Shown: one piece after another, positions 39,110 to 49,520 of the stretch
Numbering within the stretch: position 1 is the stretch's first letter
Layout of the letters: each line of letters starts with the position of its first letter
NCBI GenBank assembly: GCA_025603075.1
Contig: MU626340.1
Span: 1 to 64,000 of the forward strand
Reading direction: 5' to 3'
DNA: 64,000 bases
Origin: Neoconidiobolus thromboides FSU 785
Taxonomy: Eukaryota; Fungi; Entomophthoromycota
The notes under the pieces: generated by a model
What the model saw: only the letters and a program-made list of their open reading frames with translations
What the model was told of the DNA's origin: nothing
The model's database searches: none
Program-made: the position numbers and the translations under genes

Positions 39110-39569
39110 ATTATATCAAACTCATAACAAAGCTTACTATTTTATGGATGATGCTATTATAGATCAACAAAATGGAAGTAATTATGAATATCAAGTTATT
39201 TATAATTCTGACGATAATTTTTAAGAGATGTAAAATACTATTAATAAATACACAATTAAAGATGTTAGTTCTATTTAACTTAAATTAGTACCTAATAACC
39301 TTTTGTACTATGAAAACAGAAAATTAATCAACACAAATCAAATGTAAGATTCTTTTTTAAAGCTAAATATAGCTTTTTTATGCATTTTAATCTAAATTTA
39401 ATTTTTTATAAATAATGCAAGAATTGCCATTAAAAATGGACAATTATCTACTAGAATAATTAATATTAGAAAAATCATTAGTTCAGTTAATAACTGAAGA
39501 GTATAAAAGACCAAAAATATCTATTTTTCCTTTTATCAAATTTTAAATATCACATAAATCTTAATCGAA

Positions 39570-39992
39570 ATGAAAGCTACTTTATTATTATCTTTATTAT
39601 CTCTAATCAGTGGTAGTCTTGCTGTATATGGCGAAAAACCAAAATGCAGTAAGCGTGAAATCAGATGTGAAACTGACTTTGGTAGATTAGCTAACGGTGA
39701 TGGTACAAACACTTACTCTTTTGGATGTAAATGTAAAATCGAATATAATGGCGAGGCTGCTGAACCAATCTGTAAGATTACTGGTAAAAATATCACCAAT
39801 CAATGTCAAACTGGTACCGCATTCCTTATCTCCAATAATGTAAGCTTCCAAGTTAATGAATGTAATCTTGGCAATGCCACCACTACTGTTACAATTAAAG
39901 ATGCTGCCCCAAAGAAAGTATTTGTTACCCTTGATAAATGCACCCCTCAGGGTGTTGCTGGCTTAAATTGTGTTGGTACATCAAAATTTTAA
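39570..39992 (+). CDS. Small secreted cysteine-rich protein, ANGDGTNTYSF family copy 2 (140 aa, 9 Cys)
   Basis: Intronless; signal peptide; TATAAAA at 39502; same motif and Cys spacing. Confidence 0.92.
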   Translation: MKATLLLSLLSLISGSLAVYGEKPKCSKREIRCETDFGRLANGDGTNTYSFGCKCKIEYNGEAAEPICKITGKNITNQCQTGTAFLISNNVSFQVNECNLGNATTTVTIKDAAPKKVFVTLDKCTPQGVAGLNCVGTSKF

Positions 39993-40506
39993 ATAGTTTT
40001 TATTTGTTTTAGCATAATAATAAAATTAATATCACATGATATAATCTTTTTTTTGGACTTTTTATTTTAAAATTATTTATAAGAGTAATGATTTAATAGT
40101 GTATTCCTTTATGAGTTTATAAGTGCAATCAAGAGTAATTGTTTGCACAAACTATTGGGAAAAGGTTGTAGATTTTGAATCGAATGAAATATGTAAGTCT
40201 GTTGATATTTACCAAAACATTGTCCTCGGTTGTGCCTGTAACTTCATCTAAAAGCATTTTATTTAAAATAAGTGTTATTTAAGTTGATTATCTATTACTA
40301 TTTATTCAAGAAAAAAACTTGAATTTAAAAATGAGTTTACTTTAATATGAAAAGTAATTGACCCATTAATTTACTTTTATTGTTGAAATAATTTACTTTT
40401 TAGTACATTAAAACATAGCAATCAACAGATTAAAAAGATTTAGTTTTAAATGAACTTTGATATTTTTCCAAAGTTGTTTTTATATTAATAGCAAAAATAA
40501 AATAAT

Positions 40507-40611
40507 ATATGGGGATGTATTTTTGTGTTTAACAATTCTACTAATAATTTTCCCACTTAAATGTGCTTAAAAGATGGAAAAAATAATGAAGCCAAAAAAA
40601 TATCCCCATAT
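40507..40611 (-). mobile_element. MITE-like element copy
   Basis: Full termini; ATAT/ATAT flanks. Confidence 0.9.
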
Positions 40612-40705
40612 AATATAATGTTTGATAAATCTACAAATTATAGTAAGGAACACCTTTCGAAAGCCCTAACAAATGTTAAGGTTTTTTGGAAAAGCATAAT
40701 CTAAT

Positions 40706-40811
40706 ATATGGGAATGTGTTTTCTTATCTAAGAATTTCATTAACAATCTTTCCACTCAAATAGCACTTAAAAAATGTAAAGAAATGGAATTAAAAAAATA
40801 CATCCCTGTAT
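40706..40811 (-). mobile_element. MITE-like element copy
   Basis: Diverged family sequence; ATAT/GTAT flanks. Confidence 0.8.
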
Positions 40812-41695
40812 GTTTTTTCTGAAAATGGCTCTATAACTTCTAACTTTTAATGACATCTTAATTAATACCAAAACATTAGTTTCCATATACTTTAAGCCTC
40901 AAGTTCTAAACTACTGTGAAATATCGCTTTGTCAGTCCTATGGTTAATTATAGCATAACAATCGCCTAAGCTGTTGTGTTCTCGAGTTCAGAGAAAATCA
41001 ATCCCATGTTCTTAGTTTGATTTGTTATGAGAACTTCTAGCTCCATCCCAAAGAATATTATCCTCTCATTTTGATATTTATACTTTTCAGAGTATAAAAG
41101 AGTTTACAGAGTATAGTAGTTCGAGGCTTTTTAACTGAATTATTCCCTGATATCTCGAACATTTAATAAAGCCACTAGGTTTTCTTAATAGTATTTTACG
41201 TAGATTTCACATTAGTATTGTCTATTCTATTTGTCTTATATAGCTTGTAACCTATTACGTGCTATTCCTCATAATCCAAGCCTATCTTAGTCACATAAAC
41301 TAAGACCTTTCGACTTATAGTGTAGTCAACCCAGCAATAGCTGTTCTTGACTCCAAACCCTGAGTATCAGATTTCACACTACTTAGTTAATGAATTAAGA
41401 TTATATTAAACAAATGTTAATAAAGGTGTTATTGATTAATTAAGCATATAACCCAAACTGTCTTGTACTATTTTAAATTTAACTAAATAAAGTTCCAAAT
41501 ATTAAAAAAATTGTAAACATAATAAACAAACTAAAAATAAGTAAACCGTTATAAAAGCTTCAAATATTAGATATATACCAAAAAACATAACTAAATGAAT
41601 TTTACTTGAATTTAAATGAAGCATTATTTAGGTATAAGTTGACTTTTAATATTTTATTAGTTATAGTTGTTTTGCTATAATAAATATTTAAAAGT

Positions 41696-41802
41696 ATATG
41701 AGAGTGTTTTTTTTGACTTCATTATTTTTTCCATTTTCTAAGCGCCATTTAAGCGGAAATTTTGTTGGTAAAATTCTTAAACACAAAAATACATCCCCAT
41801 AT
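41696..41802 (+). mobile_element. MITE-like element copy (young subfamily)
   Basis: Two differences from the reverse complement of 29055-29161. Confidence 0.9.
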
Positions 41803-42395
41803 GCTATGGATATTTTATTGCTTTATTTTCTAAGTGAATTTTACAAACATTTATTTAATAAAAGTTTAATTCATTAAATAAATAGTTTAAAACATAAGGT
41901 TTATTGTATATAAGCCAAATTAGACTAGTTAATTATACAAGTAGCAAGATTTAATTACACATATATTTGAAGATAATGACTTAACAACTAATTAAACCTT
42001 TTATCGTGTTTAGGTTGACAACACTGGCATAATATCAATAATTTACAGAATGTTGGTAATATTTAATAGGTTTGTAGGGAAATATCACTTATTTTCATAT
42101 CTTTCTCATTTTTATGCAATATAAAATCAAAAAATTATCAATCAATACTGAAGCAAAAGAACACTCTCGCATGGAACTCAAAATTTGATTATTCTCTTGT
42201 TCTAGTAATCTAATTTAATTAAAATAGAGGTTTTCAACTATCAAATATTGTTTAGTGAGTTTAAAATATCATTAATTATATATATACTATTATTTTTAGT
42301 ATTTGATAATTTCATAGTTGTAATGATTTTTTCTTTATTTTTAAATAATACTTGTTTGAATAAATATTATATTTAGTTTTAATTATAAAAATAAG

Positions 42396-42494
42396 ATATA
42401 GGGATGTATTTTTGTGTTTAAGAGTTTTACTAACAAATTTTCCGCTCAAATAGCGCTTAAAAAATGGAAAAAATAATCAAAAACACTTCCATCT
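42396..42494 (-). mobile_element. MITE-like element copy with a small internal deletion
   Basis: Core ttttccgctcaaatagcgcttaaaaaatggaaaa. Confidence 0.85.
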
Positions 42495-43002
42495 ATTTTA
42501 ATAGAAACTACTTTATTTAATATGCTAATTGTTGCAAAACTACCGTTCTACCGTTCACAAAATTATTCTAAGTCTTTATTAAGTTTGAAATATTTTTATT
42601 AAGCTTGAGATATTTTTATCATTAATATGCATGGATATTGTTATATAATTAAACTATTTATAAGTTTGGTGGTAATATTGATTTATGCTTATAATACTGT
42701 TTTACATTTTGACGTTAATTAGGGGTATTTTTTCACTTAGCCTGAAATAGTGCTTAATTAGCTTATTATGTTATAAAAATAGCACAGACTTTATGCAAAT
42801 AAAAAATAGAATTTGGAAAGAATAGATAAAGCAATTCTCTAGAAATAAATTATTTATGTATTAGAATAATTATACTTCATGAGATCATTTAATTTAATAA
42901 GCAGTTGAAGGGTATAAAATGTCAAAAATATCCATTTCATTTTTTTATCAAACATAAATACATATCATCTCAAATTTACATAATATCTAAATATAAATCA
43001 AA

Positions 43003-43422
43003 ATGAAAGCTACTTTCGTATTATCTTTATTATCTATAATTGGTGGTAGTCTCGCTACCTATGGTGGAAAAAAGTGTAATAACCATGAAATAAAATGTGA
43101 GTCCAACTTCGGTAGATCAGCTAATGGTGATGGTACAAACACATACTCTTTTGCATGTAAATGTAAGATTCAATATGACAGTGATTCAGCAGAACCCTAC
43201 TGTAAGAATGTTGGTCAAAACATCTCCAATAACTGCTCATCTGGGAAATCATTCCTCCCTGCAAGTAACTTAAGCTTCCAAATTAATGATTGTAATCTCA
43301 ACAATGCCACTACTACGGTCGAAACTAATGGTGGTAATCCAAAAAAGGTCTTTATTTCCCTTAGTAAATGTACCCCTCAAGGTGTTGCCGGGTTAAATTG
43401 TGTTGGTTCATCTAAATTTTAG
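43003..43422 (+). CDS. Small secreted cysteine-rich protein, ANGDGTNTYSF family copy 3 (139 aa, 9 Cys); closest to copy 2
   Basis: Intronless; signal peptide; TATAAAA at 42913; same motif and Cys spacing. Confidence 0.92.
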   Translation: MKATFVLSLLSIIGGSLATYGGKKCNNHEIKCESNFGRSANGDGTNTYSFACKCKIQYDSDSAEPYCKNVGQNISNNCSSGKSFLPASNLSFQINDCNLNNATTTVETNGGNPKKVFISLSKCTPQGVAGLNCVGSSKF

Positions 43423-44287
43423 ATATTGTTTGTATTTTTAGCATTGTAATAAATCGATATCTCATAACTTTAATTTACTTTCATTTCATAGAATTATTTT
43501 TGAAATTTAAATTCAAGGCTATTCGAGAGATAATATTACGTTTTTAAATTTTTCAAAGGGCAAAGTTTTCAATTTATTAATAGGATACTAGTTATTAATA
43601 AGGGACAAAGGACAAGGATCAATGATTCCCTGTCTCAATACACCTGAATAAGATCTAGATATAGTTAAGATAAGTTATCAAGTTATGGAATCTTTCATTT
43701 GATGAAAAGAGAAAGTACTGAGGGATTTATGTTTCTACGGTAAATTCCAGTTTTGTGTGAGTTTTATAGCTTCTCTAAAGTTGGCAATACATATTAGATG
43801 TTTTTTAAATGTCAGGGACTCATAGCCTTCATAAGTCAATTCTCTTATACTTTGTTATTAGGTTCATAATTGTTTGCATTATTTTTCTAAAAAAGAAACG
43901 TCTTTAGTAAGTTTTTTAAATAAAGTTTAATGACTTATTAAATGTCTCATCACTACAATCTGAAAATTTCCTTAAAAATTTAACTCAAAAAATTTCAATA
44001 CCTAAACTGTGAATTCAGCTTTGACAGAATAAAATAATTGAAATCCTCGGATATTATTGTTTTATAAAATAACAATAATTTTAACTTAATTTAGTTAACT
44101 ATCATTATTTTAAAGTAGAAAAATTAAAAATAGAATAAAAATACGAAAAATAAATAAATAAATAAATAAATACAATACAAAATTGAAAAGTAGTGAGTTT
44201 GTGATAAAATAGTAGCTGTGAAATTAGGAGATTTTTTAGAAGTGTATATAAACAAAACAAAACAAACAAAACAAATAAAACAAAGCT

Positions 44288-44704
44288 ATGAATGGTTTGA
44301 AGCATATATTTTTATTTTCATTAGCAATAGGGATCTTTGGTCTAGATAATTGTCCTCAGCAAGATCCAATAAATACAAGCTGTCAAACATTATCAGGTAG
44401 AGTAGCAAATGGAGATGGTACAAACACTTACAGCTTTTCATGTAGTTGTATATCAAGTTACAGAAATGATACAGTTCAGAATACATGTGGACAAAGTGGC
44501 CCAAATATTCAATTCCAATGTTCAGGTTCACCAGTTATATCCTATAGTAGTACCTTTAGTTTAGAAATTGTTAACTGTGCAAATGATATTGTATCTACTA
44601 CCTTTATGCTAAATGATAATACTAGTAGAAGCATCATGTCCCCATTTAATTGCGCTGCAGCCGGAACTTCTGCTTTGCAGTGTAATTCTACTTCTACTAT
44701 TTAG
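44288..44704 (+). CDS. Small secreted cysteine-rich protein, ANGDGTNTYSF family copy 4 (138 aa, 9 Cys)
   Basis: Intronless; signal peptide; same motif and Cys spacing. Confidence 0.9.
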   Translation: MNGLKHIFLFSLAIGIFGLDNCPQQDPINTSCQTLSGRVANGDGTNTYSFSCSCISSYRNDTVQNTCGQSGPNIQFQCSGSPVISYSSTFSLEIVNCANDIVSTTFMLNDNTSRSIMSPFNCAAAGTSALQCNSTSTI

Positions 44705-44859
44705 ATTTTACCATAGTTATTATCATTATTATAATAAAAGCATTATTTTTATATTCAAATCTAAACTTAAATTTACAATTGTTTTTTTTAGAATAGAATT
44801 GAATTTATATAGTAAAAGATTTATTTTATTATAAGTAAATAAGAATAAATTAATGTTAA

Positions 44860-46608
44860 CTATTTTTTAGGAACATAATTAATAATTGCTACTTTACCCA
44901 TAATAATATGAGGAGACATATGGCAATGCATAAACCAAGAACCTGGGTTATTAGCTTTAAAACGAATGGCATACCAACCACATGGGAGATCATCTGGATT
45001 AAGTGAGTTATCATCCATGTGTTTTAAATTTGAAAACATATCTATATGATTATCAATAGGAGCCATTCTAGAATTAGTTTGATTTAAAGGTTGACCAATT
45101 TCTGGGATGTCAGTTATAAAGTGGGTATAGGTATCTCTTAATACTGGAGTATTTTTAGTAGTTGCTAAATAATCGTCGATTTTTGGACCATCAACTTTTG
45201 GATCATAAAATCCATTGCCATGTGCAACAACATAGAATGAATGACCATGTAAATGCCATGGATGTGCTTCACATGGTAATCCAGGGGGCATTGTATGTTG
45301 GACAATAATTTGAACATTGTCGCCTTCATTGATTTCATAAATACCTTTAGTTAACTTATATTTCCCTGATTCCATATCGTCTACTAACACAGTATTTCTT
45401 TGTTGATTTTCGACATCATTTACAAACCATCTAGCTAAGTCATTTGGTTTTCTCAACGTCACTATCAAGTTAAGCTCTTTATCAGCTTTCTTGGGCACTG
45501 GATAGTAATGAGTTGATAATCCTTTATTATACCATTGAGAAGTAAACAACTTAGATTCTATCCAATGCGAATATTCATATTTGAGTCCAGGAACTTGTTT
45601 GTCTGCACGTATCAATGAAGCAGTACTTTTTGCACCATCATAATGAAGGATTGATACGCCATTTTTTGCTACTGGTTTACGTGCTTCAGGTCTTAATTCA
45701 TCGCTTACTTGAGTATACATGTAATAGTTATCCACTTTTTGATCTGCTCTTAATAATACTGAATAGCGTTGACCACTACTTAATTCTACTCTGTCAACAT
45801 TAACTGGATCAACTAAAGTTCCTTCAGCTTCGATGACAGTTAAATTGTGGTTTTCAATATTAAAAGAGAATAATGAATATCCGTTTGCTGCAATCAATCT
45901 AATTCTGTAAGTTTTATTTGCCTTTATATTTGTTACACTAAAGCCATTATTAAATCTTTTTAAATCTTCAGCAGTACCACCATTAAGGTTATTATCCCAT
46001 TTTCCATAAGTTCTACCATTAGTTAATATACTTTGCGATTGATTACTGAATCTAAATGGGGCGTTATTTAAGCCATACATTAATTCCTCGGTTGTTTTAT
46101 GCCATCTTTCAGACAACATGATAGTTAATTCTTCATCATATTTATATGCTGGATTGAATTTTACAATATCATCCCAAATTTCCTTTTTATCTTTAATAAT
46201 CAATGCACCATAGATGTGTTCGGCATCCATATCAGTATGTGCATGATACCAGTATGTACCGCTTTGGTCATTGACATTAAATTTATACGTGTACTGTTGA
46301 CCTGGCTGAATTGGATCCTGAGTTACCATTGGTACACCATCAGCTTTAACTGATCTTCTTTGTGTTATTCCGTGCCAGTGAATAGTTACATTTTTATGTA
46401 GCTGGTTGGTTATGAGGACTTGGATAGTATCACCGACTTCAGCTGTTATCTGTGGTCCTGGAAAACCACCGTTAATTAATACGCCATCAACCACATAATT
46501 ATCGGGTGCTAACTTTGCTTCTGTAAGCGTCCATTTCTGTTCAACTAATTTACATAACAGAGTTGGAAATAAGCATAGAGCACTAATAGCGAACTTTTTA
46601 ATGAACAT
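44860..46608 (-). CDS. Secreted three-domain multicopper oxidase (laccase/ascorbate-oxidase-like), intronless, 582 aa
   Basis: Signal peptide; copper motifs HWHG, WYHAH, HPWHLHGH and WFMHCHMSPH. Confidence 0.96.
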   Translation of the reverse strand: MFIKKFAISALCLFPTLLCKLVEQKWTLTEAKLAPDNYVVDGVLINGGFPGPQITAEVGDTIQVLITNQLHKNVTIHWHGITQRRSVKADGVPMVTQDPIQPGQQYTYKFNVNDQSGTYWYHAHTDMDAEHIYGALIIKDKKEIWDDIVKFNPAYKYDEELTIMLSERWHKTTEELMYGLNNAPFRFSNQSQSILTNGRTYGKWDNNLNGGTAEDLKRFNNGFSVTNIKANKTYRIRLIAANGYSLFSFNIENHNLTVIEAEGTLVDPVNVDRVELSSGQRYSVLLRADQKVDNYYMYTQVSDELRPEARKPVAKNGVSILHYDGAKSTASLIRADKQVPGLKYEYSHWIESKLFTSQWYNKGLSTHYYPVPKKADKELNLIVTLRKPNDLARWFVNDVENQQRNTVLVDDMESGKYKLTKGIYEINEGDNVQIIVQHTMPPGLPCEAHPWHLHGHSFYVVAHGNGFYDPKVDGPKIDDYLATTKNTPVLRDTYTHFITDIPEIGQPLNQTNSRMAPIDNHIDMFSNLKHMDDNSLNPDDLPCGWYAIRFKANNPGSWFMHCHMSPHIIMGKVAIINYVPKK

Positions 46609-47074
46609 CTTCAGTTGACTATCTAATATAATCGTCGTCTAATTTTCTACCATTTCAATGAGTTATTTTATTCTTTATATAGTTTATTTTATCATCGTAC
46701 TTGTAATATTTTATTTAAATTATGCTTCTTTTTTCTTGCTTTTCTATTTTGGTTTATCCGTATACACTCAAACTAAGGAGAGCCAATATTTAATAATTTT
46801 ATATAGTTATTAATTTAGTTTCAAAAATAACTCAGATATTATAATTATTAATTTACTTTATTAATATTTTATTAACGAAACAACTTATTACTTAAATAAA
46901 AGAACCACTGTTCTATTGATTTAGCCTTTTTATAGTCCCTATTATAGATCTTACCTAAAAACTATCATTATTTAATTTATTTATTTAACCTATATCACAA
47001 TGTTGCGTTAAGGCGCTCTTAGCTTTATGTGTTCTTTTTGAAAAAATGTTAAAGTTGCACTCTTTTAACTTATT

Positions 47075-47181
47075 ATATGAGAGTGTTTTTTTTGACTTCA
47101 TTATTTTTTCCATTTTCTAAACGCCATTTAAGCGGAAAATTTGTTGGTAAAATTCTTAAATATAAAAATACATCCCCATAT
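47075..47181 (+). mobile_element. MITE-like element copy (young subfamily)
   Basis: Four differences from 41696-41802; ATAT/ATAT flanks. Confidence 0.9.
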
Positions 47182-48107
47182 AATTAATACAATTATCAGA
47201 TTTGGCGCTTCATCGCTTTTTTGTTGCCCTTAGTTTTATTTAGCCTGTATTATAACACAAAAGCGATGTCAATCAATTAATATTCTCTTGACCATCTTTT
47301 CTCTCTTTAAAACTTACAAAACAATATCAAAGGCTACAGTAAAAAGTATATCTTAGTCTAAAAAATAAAACTTATATGGTTGCTATTAATAACTCAAGTT
47401 TATATTGTGTTATTGAGTTATTTTAATATTCGTGTTTATGTAGAGGCTAAATTTCTTAATAGCTTTTTATGTAAAATGTTCTTAACAGCTTATAATAATA
47501 TTAAATAAAATAATATGATCGTATTATTTTATTTGAGATATGGGTAGTTTTTTAAAGCAGGTTTTTAAATTTAATTTTACTAATAATCATCAATTAAGTG
47601 CATATATTTTGAAGATTATGGGTCATCAAAAAATTATGAAATCTCAAATTACCTGTTTAATTTAAATTTTTTTATTTAAAAGTACTGATTTATTTATAGT
47701 GTATTTTTCTGCCCTCCGATTTTAAACACATTATAGCAGCATTGTAGTTTTATCACAACTCTTTAAACTCTTGAATTACTCTTTCTTTAAAAGGTTTTTT
47801 GAAATAGATAGTAGTTTATAAAAAAATATTTCTAACAAACATTTAAAATTATAGGATTTTATCTTTTGATTAATTTATAGTCGTAACTAATAGTGAGACA
47901 TTTAAATTGCAGGATATTTAATACTCTTTTCTAAATTATTACTACTAAAATATTTTAATATAATAAATACTGTTTTAGACACATAGTTGAATAAAGCGCT
48001 TGATATATAAACCAATATCAAAAAAGTACTATTTTTTATTGGTAAAATATTATTTAAAAATATCTCAAAATTAATGAATAAAATGGAACTTTTTTATTTA
48101 TATTTTC

Positions 48108-48311
48108 ATATAGAAGCGCTTTTTTGGTTTTATCATTTTTTCTATCTTTTAAATGCTACTTAGTGGAGAGGTATTGTTAGTAAAATTCTTGAAAAAACAC
48201 ATTGCCATATGGGGATGTATTTTTGTGTTTAAGAATTTTACTACAATCTTTCTACTCAAATAGCGTTTAAAAAATGGAAAAGCAACAAAATCAAAAAAAA
48301 CACCCCTATAT
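48108..48311. mobile_element. Two MITE-like copies in inverted orientation sharing one central ATAT (48207-48210)
   Basis: Orientation-A copy 48108-48210 directly joined to orientation-B copy 48207-48311. Confidence 0.85.
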
Positions 48312-48590
48312 TTTAATTTTAAAATATATAGAGCTTTTATCATATTATCTTTACTCACAATTCACATACTTTTACAAAAATATTTAACAATTTGTAATGA
48401 AAATTTTGTCATTTGATTGAAAAAAATTTATGCAATTTTATGTAAACTCAAGGTTTAGCAGCACTATTTAAGAATCTGGAATAGCATTATATTAATTGAC
48501 AAAGTTTTATTATTTCAAATTAAAAAATACTAATTGAATTAAAGATTACTACTAAACATTTGAGAATCAATGATATTATATCTCATTAGT

Positions 48591-48696
48591 ACATGGGGAT
48601 GTTTTTTTGGTTTCATGATTTTTCCATTTTTTAAGCACTATTTGAGTGGAGAGGTCATTAGTAAAATTTTTGAACAAAAAAATACATCCCCACCAT
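48591..48696 (+). mobile_element. MITE-like element copy
   Basis: GGGGATGT…ACATCCCC termini. Confidence 0.85.
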
Positions 48697-49520
48697 TTAA
48701 TAAAAAATAAAATTTAATCATAAAACTTAATTTCAGCTTTATTAATATATAATGATTCTTCATCAAAAATTTGTTTTATTGGATGAATTACTATATTTAA
48801 ATACCTTTACAAGTTTAGTTAGCAAAATTTCTAAGTCAGAAAGTTTGGAATAATAGTATTTTCAAATAAGAGAAATTTGAGTTATCCAATATTTTTAGAT
48901 AAAAAGATATCATTAAATTTAATTGAATTTTTTATATCTATAAAAATATAGAGTTTTTTTCAAGCAAATAGCAAAGCTTTTATTTTAAAATGTTTTTTTT
49001 CCAAAAGTGCATAAATTATAAGTGAAAATAGAGTATTGATCTCTTTAGAATAAACTTTATAATTTTGATATTATAAAATAACTATTATTCAAGATAAAAG
49101 TCTTGATTTGAATTGAACAAGCTAATATTGCCTAATATTTCATACATACTAAAAGTATTTTATACAATCATTTTGTAATTCTTTCATGTTTATATTTTTT
49201 TTGTTGTCTATTTATTAATAATTTAAAAAATAATTTAACATTTATGTCTAATAAATTCTATAAATTATTTGTAATTATAGCTTTTTTAAATAATCAAAGT
49301 AAATGATTTCAGTTTATTTTCACAACTATAGGTAGACATACTTCAAAAAAATCTTACTTTTTAGTATAACAATTTATATTATGAGTTATCACAGGCTTAT
49401 AATGTATTTCACATTTGTTGTAAATACTATTATTCAAACAAAACAAATTAATTTTATGGATGAATATAAACTAATCATATACAGCTATTTAATCATATAG
49501 TATTTATATTTTATTTTTGA

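Noticed and set aside
38304-44704. Calling the secreted Cys-rich proteins hydrophobins, or equating them with reported small insecticidal proteins of Conidiobolus
   Set aside because: The Cys spacing lacks the two CC doublets of hydrophobins; the species is unconfirmed and I have no toxin sequence to compare.
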